In this document: piece after piece, positions 46,852 to 57,400 of the stretch | How the letters are laid out: the number at the start of each line of letters is the position of its first letter | Numbering within the stretch: the first letter of the stretch is position 1 | NCBI GenBank assembly: GCA_963822385.1 | Contig: CAWGHJ010000003.1 | Span: 1,627,919 to 1,691,918, forward strand | Direction: 5' to 3' | DNA length: 64,000 bases | DNA from: an uncultured Actinomycetes bacterium | Lineage (GTDB): Bacteria > Actinomycetota > Acidimicrobiia > Acidimicrobiales > Ilumatobacteraceae | Notes under the pieces: model-generated | The model's database searches: none | Told to the model about the DNA's origin: nothing | The model's input: only the letters and a program-made list of their open reading frames with translations | Translations under genes and position numbers: made by a program

Positions 46852-47622
46852 TCAGAGGTGGAACGTCTCGGTGTGACCGTCGACCGCGATCGCCTGGCCG
46901 CTGACCATCTTCGCCGCGGGTGACGCGAGGAACAGGCACATGTCGGCGATCTCGGACGGTTCGACGAACCGGGCGATCGACTGGCCCCCGACGTACTCGG
47001 CTTCCACCTCCGCGGCATCGACCCCACGGTGGGCGGCCTCGGCGGCGATGACCGCCGTCATCCGGTCGCCGGCCACCGAGCCGGGGCAGACGGCATTGCA
47101 GCGCACGCCGTACGGCCCGAGCTCGACGGCGAGCGACTTGGTGAGGCCGATGACGGCCCACTTCGCCGCCGCGTACGGCGTGCGCATGCCGTAGCCGTAC
47201 AGACCGGCGGTCGACGAGATGTTGACGATCGATCCGGCCCCCTGCGCCTTCATCACCGGCGCCACCTTGCGCACACAGAGGAAGTGGGTGTCGAGACCGA
47301 CGGCCAGGCAGGCACGCCACTCGTCGAGGCCGACGTCCTCCACACACGCGGTGGGGCCCTTCGCGCCGGCGTTGTTGACGAGCACGTCGACGCCACCGAG
47401 GTCGGCGATGGCTGCGTCCAGCCATTCGTCGAGCGCAGCCGGATCGGCGAGATCGACCTTCGTCGCGGTCACCCCGGGAAGCGCATCCCGGACCTCGCGC
47501 AGTGCGTCATCGTCGACGTCGCACAGGTGCACTCGCGCGCCCTGCGCGGCGAACGCCGCCGCCACCACTCGACCGATCCCTGCCGCCGCGGCGGTGATGA
47601 GGACGCGCTGTGCCGGTTCCAC
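46852..47622 (-). CDS. SDR-family oxidoreductase
   Basis: VLITAAAAGIGR, NNAG, and catalytic YAAAKWA. Confidence 0.9.
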   Translation of the reverse strand: MEPAQRVLITAAAAGIGRVVAAAFAAQGARVHLCDVDDDALREVRDALPGVTATKVDLADPAALDEWLDAAIADLGGVDVLVNNAGAKGPTACVEDVGLDEWRACLAVGLDTHFLCVRKVAPVMKAQGAGSIVNISSTAGLYGYGMRTPYAAAKWAVIGLTKSLAVELGPYGVRCNAVCPGSVAGDRMTAVIAAEAAHRGVDAAEVEAEYVGGQSIARFVEPSEIADMCLFLASPAAKMVSGQAIAVDGHTETFHL

Positions 47623-47637
47623 GGCGCGACCGTAGCG

Positions 47638-48411
47638 TCACAGCAGGCGCACGAGTGCGGTGAGCCCGACCACCACGATCACGGCACGCAGCACCTTCGG
47701 GTTGAGTCGACGCCCGACCTTGGCGCCGATCTGCCCGCCGACCGTCGAGCCCAGCGCGATGGTGCCGGCGACCTTCCAGTCGACGTGGGTGGTGAGGATG
47801 AACACCACCGACGCGATCGCGTTGACGCTCAGCGCCAGGACGTTCTTGGCCGCGTTCAGTCGCTGGAGCTCGTCGTCGAGGAAGATGCCCAGCACGGCGA
47901 TGAGGATGATGCCCTGCGCCGCGCCGAAGTAGCCGCCGTAGATGCCGGCGCCGAACACGAGTGCCGCCAGCCCGAGCGTGACGTCTCGATGGCCGACATG
48001 CACCTGATCGCCGAGCGCGGCGACGCGGCGAGCCGCCAACCACCGCGACAGCGTCGGCTGCACGATCACCAGCACCAGGGCGACGGCGATGAGGACGACC
48101 ACGACCTTCTTGAAGACCGTGCTCGGCAGCAGCAGCAACAGCGTCGAGCCGGTCAGTCCACCCAGCAACGACGCCGGCACGAGGCGGCGCAGCCGAGGCC
48201 GTTGGCCGACCAGTTCGCGCCGATAGCCGTACGCGCCCGACATCGAGCCGGGAACGAGCCCGATGTTGTTCGACACGTTGGCCAACAGCGGCGGGTAGCC
48301 GAGCGCGACCAACGTCGGGAAGGTGATCAGCGACCCCGACCCGACGACGGTGTTGATGGTGCCCGCCGCGGCGCCGGCGAGGAGGATGATCAGGAAATCG
48401 GTGAGCGACAT
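47638..48411 (-). CDS. TauE/SafE-family sulfite/anion exporter
   Basis: TM protein with an internal repeat: GTINTVVGSGSLITFPTL and GIYGGYFGAAQGIILIAVL. Confidence 0.85.
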   Translation of the reverse strand: MSLTDFLIILLAGAAAGTINTVVGSGSLITFPTLVALGYPPLLANVSNNIGLVPGSMSGAYGYRRELVGQRPRLRRLVPASLLGGLTGSTLLLLLPSTVFKKVVVVLIAVALVLVIVQPTLSRWLAARRVAALGDQVHVGHRDVTLGLAALVFGAGIYGGYFGAAQGIILIAVLGIFLDDELQRLNAAKNVLALSVNAIASVVFILTTHVDWKVAGTIALGSTVGGQIGAKVGRRLNPKVLRAVIVVVGLTALVRLL

Positions 48412-48472
48412 GAGCGACCGCCATGTTCGCATCCGCGGTGCGGACGCGCGCGACCAGGCTCAGCGGGCCGCG

Positions 48473-49591
48473 TCAACCGGCAGTGGTGTCGTGCGCCGTC
48501 CCGGAGCCGGGCACGCCCGGCACCTTCACCGGGATGCGCTCGGCCAGCCCCGACGCGCGGAGACGGCGGACGAGATCGATCAGCAGCACGGCAACGGGCA
48601 CGGCGAGAATGAGACCGACGATGCCGCCGAGGATGCCGCCGGCGGTGGTGGCCAGCAGCACGACCAGCGGGTGGATGCTCAGTCGCGTGCTCATCACCTT
48701 CGGTTCGAGCACGTTCTCGAGCAACAGGTTGCAGGCCAGCACGATGGCGAGCATCACCAGCGCCTGACCGATGCCGCCCTCGGCCAGCGCCAGCAGCACG
48801 GCCAGGCCGCCACCGAGGAACGCACCGATGTACGGCACGTAACCGCCCATGAAGTTGACGACGGCGATGGTGCCCACGAGCGGCAGCCCCATGAGCAGGC
48901 TGACCAGCGAGATGACCACCGACACCGCCGCCGACAGCACCGAACGACCGGCCCAGTAGGCGCGGATGGAATGGACACCCGTGGTGAGGAAGTCGCGTAC
49001 GTCATCCTGCACGTCGGACGGGAACTGCCGGACGAGCCAGACCTTGATGATCGGGCCGTCCTTGAGGACGTAGTAACCGATGAGCACGGCGAGCACCATC
49101 GCACCGACGAAGCCCGTCACCGCACCGACGCCGCTGACGAGCAACGTCACCAGCCCTCGCCCGATGAACGCCGCGACCGAGGCGATGGCGTGGCGGATGG
49201 AATCGAGCGCGCTGGCGTCGAGCCCGATCTCGTCGGTCGTGCCGGCCAGCTCGGCGAGCGCACGGTCGATCTGGTGGGCGAGCTCGCCGGTCTGGCGGAC
49301 GATGTTGCGCACCACGAGCACCGCGACGAGCGCGAGCGCGGCGATCGAGCCGAGGACCACGACGGCCGCTGCCGCGGCCGGCTTCATCCACCGCTGCAGC
49401 CGACGAGCCAGCGGGTGCACCGCGGCGCCGAGCATGACGGCGAACACGAGCGGCAACACCAGCTCGGAGACGGCGGCCAGGGCCGTGATGGCGATCGCCG
49501 CGACCACGACGCACCCGATGATCGTCCAGGCGAGGATTCCGACGCGGCGCACCGTGCGGTGGGCGTCGGAACCGGCTGCGGCGCTGGGCAT
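48473..49591 (-). CDS. AI-2E family transporter (PerM-like)
   Basis: Multi-TM protein with LLENVLEPKVMSTRLSIHPLVVLLATTAGGILGGIVG. Confidence 0.85.
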   Translation of the reverse strand: MPSAAAGSDAHRTVRRVGILAWTIIGCVVVAAIAITALAAVSELVLPLVFAVMLGAAVHPLARRLQRWMKPAAAAAVVVLGSIAALALVAVLVVRNIVRQTGELAHQIDRALAELAGTTDEIGLDASALDSIRHAIASVAAFIGRGLVTLLVSGVGAVTGFVGAMVLAVLIGYYVLKDGPIIKVWLVRQFPSDVQDDVRDFLTTGVHSIRAYWAGRSVLSAAVSVVISLVSLLMGLPLVGTIAVVNFMGGYVPYIGAFLGGGLAVLLALAEGGIGQALVMLAIVLACNLLLENVLEPKVMSTRLSIHPLVVLLATTAGGILGGIVGLILAVPVAVLLIDLVRRLRASGLAERIPVKVPGVPGSGTAHDTTAG

Positions 49592-49615
49592 CGGGCATCT
49601 CCTCCTACGTCACGC

Positions 49616-49650
49616 GTCCGGTGCGGCAGACGAGTGCTGCCGCACCGGAC
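49616..49650 (-). terminator. perfect 14-bp stem hairpin downstream of the SHOCT gene
   Basis: GTCCGGTGCGGCAG acgagtg CTGCCGCACCGGAC lies 11 nt after the stop. There is no clear U-tract. Confidence 0.5.
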
Positions 49651-49660
49651 GACGGGGCGA

Positions 49661-50050
49661 TCAGGCGAGCAGCTTGGCCTTGGCGGCGGCGAACTCGTCG
49701 TCGGAGATGGTGCCCTGCACCTTGAGGGCGACGAGCTTCTCGAGCTCGGCGGACACGCTGGTGGTGCCAGCGGCCTGCTGGATGTACTGCTTGGCCGCGG
49801 CCTCGTTGGCCTTGGCCTGCTTCATCGCACGCTCGTTCATGCCCTTGCCGCGGGCGATGATGTAGATGAAGGCGCCCAGGTACGGGAACGCGAACAGCAG
49901 GACGATCCACAGCACCTTCATGCCACCGGACGTCTCGTGGTCGCGGAACAGGTCGCCGAAGATCATGAACAGCAACATGATCCACATGAAGAACAGGAAG
50001 AACCACAGCATGGACCAGAGCACCTGGCCGACAGCGAAGGTTGCGAGCAT
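49661..50050 (-). CDS. PLDc_N-type membrane domain + SHOCT domain protein
   Basis: The TM pair has WIVLLFAFPYLGAFIYIIARG. The C-terminal SHOCT-like sequence is AELEKLVALKVQGTISDDEFAAAKAKLL. Confidence 0.7.
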   Translation of the reverse strand: MLATFAVGQVLWSMLWFFLFFMWIMLLFMIFGDLFRDHETSGGMKVLWIVLLFAFPYLGAFIYIIARGKGMNERAMKQAKANEAAAKQYIQQAAGTTSVSAELEKLVALKVQGTISDDEFAAAKAKLLA

Positions 50051-50179
50051 CGAACTCTCCTCGAAGTGATGGAGGACGCCGATCAGCGTCTCGACCATGA
50101 CCGTATCGGGCCTGGTGGGGTCAGTCGATCACCCTGTCCGGGTGATCTGCGAGACCTGGCCACGACGTAGGTTCGCAGC

Positions 50180-51841
50180 ATGAGGGCCTCCCGCGCTGAT
50201 CTGCGCAACGACGCGATCGCCGGGCTCCCCGGAGCGATCAGCAGTGTGCCCGACGGCATGGCCGCGGCCATCCTCGCCGGGGTCTCCCCGGTGCAGGGCC
50301 TGTACGCCAGCTTCGCCGGCCCGACGGCCGGCGGGATGCTCTCCAGCACGCGCATGATGGTGATCACCACCACCAGCGCCGCGGCCCTCGCCGCCGGGTC
50401 GGCCCTCTCCGGTCTCGATCAGGAAGCGCGCAACCGATCGATCATCCTGATGACCATCCTCGCCGGCGCGCTGATGGTCGCCGCGGGCATCGCCAAGCTC
50501 GGCCGCTACACCCGCTTCGTCACCCAGTCGGTGATGATCGGCTTCCTCACCGGTGTCGCCGCGAACATCGTGTTCGGTCAGCTGCAGGACCTGACCGGAG
50601 CCAGCCCGCCGAGCGGCATCGCCGCCAAGCGGGCGCTGTGGGTGGTCGCCCACCCGGGCGACTGGCACATTCCCACGCTGTGCATCGGATTGGGTGCCAT
50701 CGCCCTACTCGTGCTGCTGGTGCGCACGCCACTGAACTCGTTCTCGGCGGTCCTCGCGCTCGTGGTCCCCACCGCCATCGTGTACCTGTTCTCGATCGAC
50801 GGCGTCGCCAACGTGTCCGACATCGGCGAGATCCCCGGCGGCATTCCCCTTCCGGCGCTCCCCCACCTGTCCGACCTCTCGATCAATCTGCTGCTCGGCG
50901 CGTTCTCCGTGGCCGCGATCGTGCTCGTGCAGGGCGCCGGCGTCAGCGAGGCCGCGCCGAACCTCGACGGCACCCCGAGCGTCGCGAACAAGGACTTCAT
51001 CGCCCAGGGCGCCGGCAACATCGCCGCCGGGTTCTTCAAGGGCATGCCGGTCGGCGGGTCGGTCGGTCAGACCGCGTTGAACGCATCGGTCGGCGCTCGC
51101 ACGCGTTGGGCGGCCATCTTCAGCGGTCTGTGGATGCTGCTCATCCTCGCCGTCTTCTCGCAGCTGGTCGGCAAGGTGGCGGTGTCCACGCTCGCCGCCG
51201 TGCTCATCGTCGCCGGCATCAGCTCCGTCCGCGTTCGCGAGGCGGCCGCGGTGTGGAACACCGGGCTCAACTCGAAGATCGGCATGGTCACGACGTTCGT
51301 GGCGACACTCACGCTGCCGGTCGCCGCCGCCGTCGGCATCGGTGTCGCGTTGTCGCTGCTGCTGCAGCTGAACCGCGAGGCCATCGATCTGGCCGTCGTC
51401 GAGGTCTACTTCGATGACGACGGCCGGCCGGCCGAGCGACGCGCCCCTGCGGTGCTGGCCTCCAACCAGGTGACGGTGCTGGCCGTCTACGGCAGCCTCT
51501 ACTACGCCGGGGCACGCACACTGCAGGCCCGACTGCCCGACCCGACGGGCAGCGAGCGCCCCGCAGTGGTGCTGCGGCTTCGAGGCCGCACCTCGATGGG
51601 TGCCACCGCGTACGCGGTGCTCCAGCAGTACGCCGGCCGTATCGCCGCCGCCGGCGGCACGCTGACACTCACCGGTTTGACGCGGGGCGTCGCGGCCGAA
51701 CTGCGCCAGACCGGCCGATTCGACCTGAACGGGCCGATCACGCTGGTGCCGGCCACCGAAGTGCTCTTCGAGTCCACCGAGCGCGGCTACCGCACCGCCG
51801 AGGCGTGGCTCATGGCGCAACGACCCACGGAGGAATCATGA
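50180..51841 (+). CDS. SulP-family anion transporter with C-terminal STAS domain
   Basis: DAIAGLPGAISSVPDGMAAAILAGVSPVQGLY is followed by multiple TM helices and a C-terminal STAS domain. Confidence 0.9.
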   Translation: MRASRADLRNDAIAGLPGAISSVPDGMAAAILAGVSPVQGLYASFAGPTAGGMLSSTRMMVITTTSAAALAAGSALSGLDQEARNRSIILMTILAGALMVAAGIAKLGRYTRFVTQSVMIGFLTGVAANIVFGQLQDLTGASPPSGIAAKRALWVVAHPGDWHIPTLCIGLGAIALLVLLVRTPLNSFSAVLALVVPTAIVYLFSIDGVANVSDIGEIPGGIPLPALPHLSDLSINLLLGAFSVAAIVLVQGAGVSEAAPNLDGTPSVANKDFIAQGAGNIAAGFFKGMPVGGSVGQTALNASVGARTRWAAIFSGLWMLLILAVFSQLVGKVAVSTLAAVLIVAGISSVRVREAAAVWNTGLNSKIGMVTTFVATLTLPVAAAVGIGVALSLLLQLNREAIDLAVVEVYFDDDGRPAERRAPAVLASNQVTVLAVYGSLYYAGARTLQARLPDPTGSERPAVVLRLRGRTSMGATAYAVLQQYAGRIAAAGGTLTLTGLTRGVAAELRQTGRFDLNGPITLVPATEVLFESTERGYRTAEAWLMAQRPTEES

Positions 51842-52770
51842 CGCCGCCCTCGAACGACGAACACGATCGGCTGCTCCCCTCGTGGCGCCCAGGGGCCACA
51901 CGCGACGCCGTGGTGGCATTCCTGCAGGCTGCCGACGCCATCGCTCCCGACGAGCGGGTCGCCGTGTTCGACAACGACGGCACGTTGTGGACCGAGAAGC
52001 CGATGTATCCGCAACAGGCGTTCTTCATCCACGAGCTGGCCCTCGCGGTGCGGGCCGACGCATCACTCGCAGAGCGCGTCGAGTACGCCGCCCTTCTTCA
52101 ACGCGATGACGCCGCGGTGAGCGAGCTGGGGTTGCCGCGCATCGGCATGGCGCTCGCCGACCTCTTCACCGGGATGTCACCCGACGAGTTCGCCCAGCGC
52201 GCCCGCAGCTTCATCCTCGACGGCATCCATCCCACCTCGAACCTGCCCTACGCCGCCGGCACCTATCGGCCCATGCTGGAGCTGCTCGAGGCGCTGCGCA
52301 CGCGCGGCTTCGCCAACTTCATCGTCACCGGCGGTGGCACCGAGTTCGTCCGCGCGGTCAGCCAGCAGCTGTACGGCGTCGCGCCGGAGGGCGTCGTCGG
52401 CACACTCATCGGCTACGAGTACGTCACCGTCGACGGCGCCCCGGCCGTCGTACGCACCAACCAGCTGACGGGCGACGCCAACGAAGGCCACGCCAAGGTG
52501 GTCAACATCCAGCAGCACCTCGGTCGGCGACCGGTGTTGGCCGCCGGCAACTCGGCGGGCGATCGCGAGATGATCGAATGGGCCGTCGCTGCCGACGGGC
52601 CGTCGCTCGGCCTGTTGGTCGATCATGACGACGACGAGCGCGAGGTCGCCTACGAGAGCGTGGCCGGCACGTTCGAGTCCACCGAACGCATCGTCGACAT
52701 CGGCCGTCGCGAGGGCTGGACCGTGGTCAGCATGCGCGACGACTGGTCCACCGTGTTCGGGGGCGAGTGA
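51838..52770 (+). CDS. HAD-superfamily hydrolase
   Basis: Motif I VAVFDNDGTLW and a later GNSAGDREM. The ATGA overlaps the sulP stop. Confidence 0.8.
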   Translation: MTPPSNDEHDRLLPSWRPGATRDAVVAFLQAADAIAPDERVAVFDNDGTLWTEKPMYPQQAFFIHELALAVRADASLAERVEYAALLQRDDAAVSELGLPRIGMALADLFTGMSPDEFAQRARSFILDGIHPTSNLPYAAGTYRPMLELLEALRTRGFANFIVTGGGTEFVRAVSQQLYGVAPEGVVGTLIGYEYVTVDGAPAVVRTNQLTGDANEGHAKVVNIQQHLGRRPVLAAGNSAGDREMIEWAVAADGPSLGLLVDHDDDEREVAYESVAGTFESTERIVDIGRREGWTVVSMRDDWSTVFGGE

Positions 52771-53978
52771 TGCACGAGGGCCTGAACATGGCGGTCATCG
52801 CCGGGGTCACCGGTGCGCTCGTCGTCTGGAGCATCGTCTCGAAGCGAATGGAGCGCTGGAACGTCTCGGCGCCGATGTGGTTCGTCGCGGTGGGATGGTT
52901 CCTGGCCAATGAGCCGTTCCAGGCCGTGCACGTCGGCCTGCAGAGCGAGGGGCTGCGCGAGATGGCCGAGATCGCGTTGGCGATCGTGCTGTTCAGCGAC
53001 GCGGCGAGGGTGAACGTGCGCGATCTGCGTCGCGACTCCGGCCTGCCGGTCCGCCTGCTGCTGGTGGGGCTGCCCATCACCATGGCGCTGGGCACCGTGA
53101 TCGCCCACCTGCTGTTCCCGTCGCTCGGCTGGTGGATCTGCGCCGTCATCGGCGCCGCCGTGGCTCCCACCGACGCGGCGCTGGGTGCAGCGATCATCGA
53201 CGACGAGCGAGTGCCCGAGCGCATCCGTCGCGTGTTGAACGTCGAGAGCGGACTGAACGACGGCATCGCCACGCCGTTCGTGAAGTTCTTCCTGGTGGCA
53301 GCCGTCGTGGGCACCGCGCTGGAGACCGAGTCCGAAGGACGCGCCCTGCTCGAGATCGCCATCGGCGTGGGGGCCGGTGTGGCGATCGGCTTCGCCGCCG
53401 CGTGGCTCCTGCGCACCGCCCGTCAGGCCGGCTGGGCGAACCCGGCGTACCGCGCCGTCGGCGTCGCGGCCACCGCACTGCTGGCCTACGCCGCGGTGCT
53501 GGAGTTGAAGGGCAACGGCTTCGTCGGCGCATTCGTCGCCGGCATGGCGTTCGGTGCCGCCACCAAGGACGAACTCGCGGAGTCGCTCGAGTTCACCCAC
53601 GACGCCGCCGAGCTCGCCTCGTTCGTCGTGTGGTTCATGTTCGGCGCGGTGATGCTGCCACGGCTCGCCGATGCCCAGTGGCAGGACTTCCTGTTCGCGG
53701 CGCTCGCGCTCACCGTCGTCCGCATGCTGCCGGTCGCGCTCGTGCTCATCGGCACCCGGCTCGACATGGCGACGGTCGGCGTCGTCGGCTGGTTCGGTCC
53801 TCGCGGCCTGGCCTCGGTGGTGTTCGCGTTGCTCGCGGTCGACGGGCTCGCACCGGCCGACAGCGCACGGGTGGTCAGCATCATCACGGCCACGGTCGCG
53901 ATGAGCGTCCTCCTGCACGGCATCAGCGCCGCGCCGATCAGCGCCCGCTACGCGGCCACGCACGCCGAACCGACCTGA
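52767..53978 (+). CDS. cation:proton antiporter (CPA1/NhaP-type)
   Basis: About 11 TM helices, APTDAALGAAII and ESGLNDGIATPF. The GTG/ATG start overlaps the HAD stop. Confidence 0.85.
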   Translation: MMHEGLNMAVIAGVTGALVVWSIVSKRMERWNVSAPMWFVAVGWFLANEPFQAVHVGLQSEGLREMAEIALAIVLFSDAARVNVRDLRRDSGLPVRLLLVGLPITMALGTVIAHLLFPSLGWWICAVIGAAVAPTDAALGAAIIDDERVPERIRRVLNVESGLNDGIATPFVKFFLVAAVVGTALETESEGRALLEIAIGVGAGVAIGFAAAWLLRTARQAGWANPAYRAVGVAATALLAYAAVLELKGNGFVGAFVAGMAFGAATKDELAESLEFTHDAAELASFVVWFMFGAVMLPRLADAQWQDFLFAALALTVVRMLPVALVLIGTRLDMATVGVVGWFGPRGLASVVFALLAVDGLAPADSARVVSIITATVAMSVLLHGISAAPISARYAATHAEPT

Positions 53979-54012
53979 GCCGATCGGCGTGCATGGCACG
54001 CGGAGGATGACG

Positions 54013-55513
54013 TCAGTGGCCGGCGCCGTCGGTGCCGGCCTGAAGTTGAGCCAGGACAGCAGTCGAGGTTGAACGACGCCGGCTTCTGCCGTGGCGGGTA
54101 CTTCACGAAGTTCTCGATCTGGCCGGCAACGAGACCCTGCATCTTGTACAGCACCCACAGGTGGTCGATCATCCAGTCCCAGTAGGTGTTCGAGTTGTCG
54201 TCGGCCCGCTCGAACGGGTCGGTGCGCAGGTTGAAGATCTTCGGCGCACGCAGCTTCACGAACGGCTCGAGCCACGCCAGCAGCCGGGTCGCGCGCTGCT
54301 CCATGAGCACGCACTTGTAGTCGCCGATGCGGATGGCGACGATGTCGCCGTCGTCGCTGACGTAGAAGAAGAACTCGCGCGGGCTGTTGCTCGACCTCAC
54401 CGGTGAAGTACGGGAGCATGTTGTAGCCGTCGAGGTGCACGTTGAAGTTCTTGTCGCCGGCCTGGTGGCCCGCGAGCAGCTTCTCCTTGATGTCCGGCTC
54501 ACCGGCGCACGGCCAGCAGCGTGGGCAGCGACGTCCTGATGGCAGACGATGTCGTTGCGCACCGTGCCCGGCGTGGTGTGGCCGGGCCAGCGGAAGAATG
54601 CGGTACTCGCCAACCGCCTTCCCAGTTCGTGTTCTTCTCGGACCGGAACGGGGTGATGCCCGCGTCGGGCCAGCTGTTGTAGTGCGGGCCGTTGTCGGTG
54701 GAATACATCACGATCGTGTTGTCGGCGATGCCCAGCTCGTCGAGCTTGTCGAGCATGACACCGACCAGTCTCGTCGTGGGCCACCATGACGTCGTTGTAG
54801 TCGCCCTGGCCGTTGCTCTTGCCCTTGTTCTTCTCCGACCGTGCGTACGGAAGTGCATGGCGGTGGTGTTCCACCACAGGAAGAACGGCTCCTCGGCCGC
54901 GGCCGCCTCCTCCATGAAGCGCAGCGCGTGCGCCGGTCACTTCTTCGTCGATGGTCTCCATGCGCTTCTTCGTCAGCGCTCCGGTGTCCTCGATGGTCTG
55001 GCCGCCGTTACCGTCGGCGTGGCAGTGCAGCACGCCACGCGGGCCGAACGCTGCCTTGAACGCCGGGATCCTTCGGGTAGTCGGGGTGCTCGGGCTCCTC
55101 CTCCGCGTTGAGGTGGTAGAGGTTGCCGAAGAACTCGTCGAAGCCGTGCATCGGTCGGCAGGAACTCGTCCTTGTCGCCGAGGTGGTTCTTGCCGAACTG
55201 ACCGGTGCGGTAGCCGAGCGGCTTGAGCAGCTCGGCGATCGTCGGGATCTTCCTTCTGCAGGCCGAGGTCGGCACCGGGCATGCCCACCTTGGTGAGGCC
55301 GGTGCGCAGCGGGTTCTGGCCGGTGATGAACGCGGCGCGACCGGCCGTGCAGCTCTGCTGGGCGTAGTAGTCGGTGAACGCGACGCCCTCGTTGGCGATG
55401 CGGTCGATGTTCGGGGTGCGATAGCCCATCTGGCCACGGCTGTTGTAGCTGATGTTCCACCAGCCGATGTCGTCACCCCACAGGATCAGGATGTTCGGTT
55501 TCGTCGCGGCCAT
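54013..55513 (-). pseudogene. arylsulfatase (type I sulfatase), about 10 frameshifts
   Basis: The N-terminus reads [36 protein letters not shown]. Homologous segments then hop between all three frames ([23 protein letters not shown]; [14 protein letters not shown]; FFLWWNTTAMHFRTH; MYSTDNGPHYNSWPDAG..; FFFYVSDDGDIVAIR..). Confidence 0.85.
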
Positions 55514-55636
55514 GTCGTCCTCACTTGTCGGTCACCCTGCTCGAGGGCACTCATTGACGGAGTCTGGGTCTCCAGCATGACATCTTGCCGATCGAACCGA
55601 CGGACGAACATCATCCCGCCAGGGTGAGACCACCGG

Positions 55637-57316
55637 TCAGTCGAGCAGCGCCAGTGCCGCGTCGACGTCGGGCTGGATGTGATCCTCGCCCACCAGCTCG
55701 ACCAGGCCCGCCCGATCGGCCGTCGACAGCAGGTCGGCGTGCACGTCGGTGACGTACAGCTCGATCGAGCGGCCACGCAGCCACGCCACCAGATCGCGGA
55801 CCATCTCGATGCTGGTCACGTCGAACCGGTGCTGCGCCTCCTGGCTGAAGACCACGGCACGCAGGCTCGGCCCTGCCGCCTGCACGCACTCCTTGATCGC
55901 CTGCTCGTTCGACGACGCGTTGGCGTAGTACAGCGGGGCGTCCAGGCGCAGCACGAGCACGTCGTCGCGCACCTCCGCACCCGGATTGCGATCCACCGCC
56001 CCGAAGCCCCGACGCCCGGGGAGTCTCCCGAGCACGCTGAGACTGGGGAGGCTCGACCGGTACACCACCAGCAGCAGCGACGCTGCCATCGCGATGAGCA
56101 GTCCTTGCAGCACGTCGAGCGCGATCACCCCGACGAGCGCGGTGATGCCCAGCCAGAACTCGGTGGGCGCGAGCCGGTAGACGGCCTTCAACTTCTTCAC
56201 GCTCATCATGTGGCTGACCGCGTGGATGATGAGGGCACCGAGCACGGCCTCGGGAAGCGACGTGAAGAGCGGCGTGAGCGCGACGACGGTGACGAGCGTG
56301 GCGACGGCGGCGGTGATGCCGGACACCTGCGACTTGGCGCCGCCTCCCTCGTTCACGGCCGACGACGACATGCCGCCGCATGCGACCAGCCCGCCGAAGA
56401 AGCCCGACGCGACGTTGGCGACACCGAACGCGATGAGTTCCTGATTCGGATCGATCTCGTAGCCATGGCGGGTGGCGAACGATTCGGCGACGCCGAGTGC
56501 TTCGCTGTACGCCACCAGCACGATGCCGGCCGCCGCCGGGAGCAGGACCCACAGCGTGGAGATGCCCAGGTGCGGCAGCGAGAACGACGGCAACCCCTTC
56601 GGCAGGGTGCCGACGGTCTCGACGTCGTGCCGACCTGCGAGGTCCATCGCGGCGCTGAGCGCGATGGCGCCGGCCAGCACCAGCAGGCCGGCCGGCAACC
56701 GCGTCGACAGGCGCGGCAGACCGAAGAGGGCGACCAGCGCCACGGCGCCGATGGCGAACGACCACCAGTTCGCATCGCCGAGCTGGGTGAGCACGTGCCA
56801 CAGCTTCTGGAAGGTGTTGCCGCTTCCCTTCGAGACGCCGAACAGCTTGTTCAGCTGGCCGACCGCGACGAAGATCGCCAGGCCGACGACGAAGCCCTCG
56901 GTGACCGGCCGCGACAGGAACTGGGCGATGAAGCCGACCTTGGCGAAACCGGCGAGGAGGAACAGTCCGCCCACCACCAGGACGAGCGCGCCACCGTACG
57001 CGACGAGTTGCCCGGGATCGGTCGGGTGCAGCGCACCGATCGACGCTCCCACCAGCGCCGCGGTCGCCGACGTCGCAGCGACCATCAGATGACGCGACGT
57101 GCCGAACACCGCATACGCCAGCAACGAGAACAGCAGCGTGTACAGGCCCGCTTGCGGCGGAAGCCCGGCCAACCCGGCGTAGGCCATGCCCTCCGGCACG
57201 ACCAGTCCCCACACCGTGAGGCCCGCGATCACGTCCCGACCGAGCCAGGCGCGGTCGTAGGTACGAGACCAGTTCATCAACGGGACGGTCGGCGACTTCG
57301 TTCTCATGCTCAGCAC
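55637..57316 (-). CDS. SulP-family sulfate permease with STAS domain
   Basis: DVIAGLTVWGLVVPEGMAYAGLAGLPPQAGLY is followed by multiple TM helices and a C-terminal STAS domain. The ORF is intact. Confidence 0.9.
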   Translation of the reverse strand: MLSMRTKSPTVPLMNWSRTYDRAWLGRDVIAGLTVWGLVVPEGMAYAGLAGLPPQAGLYTLLFSLLAYAVFGTSRHLMVAATSATAALVGASIGALHPTDPGQLVAYGGALVLVVGGLFLLAGFAKVGFIAQFLSRPVTEGFVVGLAIFVAVGQLNKLFGVSKGSGNTFQKLWHVLTQLGDANWWSFAIGAVALVALFGLPRLSTRLPAGLLVLAGAIALSAAMDLAGRHDVETVGTLPKGLPSFSLPHLGISTLWVLLPAAAGIVLVAYSEALGVAESFATRHGYEIDPNQELIAFGVANVASGFFGGLVACGGMSSSAVNEGGGAKSQVSGITAAVATLVTVVALTPLFTSLPEAVLGALIIHAVSHMMSVKKLKAVYRLAPTEFWLGITALVGVIALDVLQGLLIAMAASLLLVVYRSSLPSLSVLGRLPGRRGFGAVDRNPGAEVRDDVLVLRLDAPLYYANASSNEQAIKECVQAAGPSLRAVVFSQEAQHRFDVTSIEMVRDLVAWLRGRSIELYVTDVHADLLSTADRAGLVELVGEDHIQPDVDAALALLD

Positions 57317-57400
57317 CCTTCGTCAATGATGTCGCGAAGCACACCCGCACCGGCGGAACCCGTCACGGGCACGACCGGTAGGGTTCGTCGGCACCACACT

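Noticed and set aside
46813-46867. 15-bp direct repeat CAGAGGTGGAACGTC (46813 and 46853)
   Set aside because: The second copy is simply the last codons (TETFHL-stop) of the SDR gene. One short duplicate 40 bp downstream is most simply a small duplication scar. No further structure was found.
50127-50147. Palindrome GATCACCC-tgtcc-GGGTGATC in the SHOCT / sulP divergent region as an operator
   Set aside because: It is a single 8-bp inverted repeat with no second copy and no adjacent regulator gene. That is too little evidence to call.
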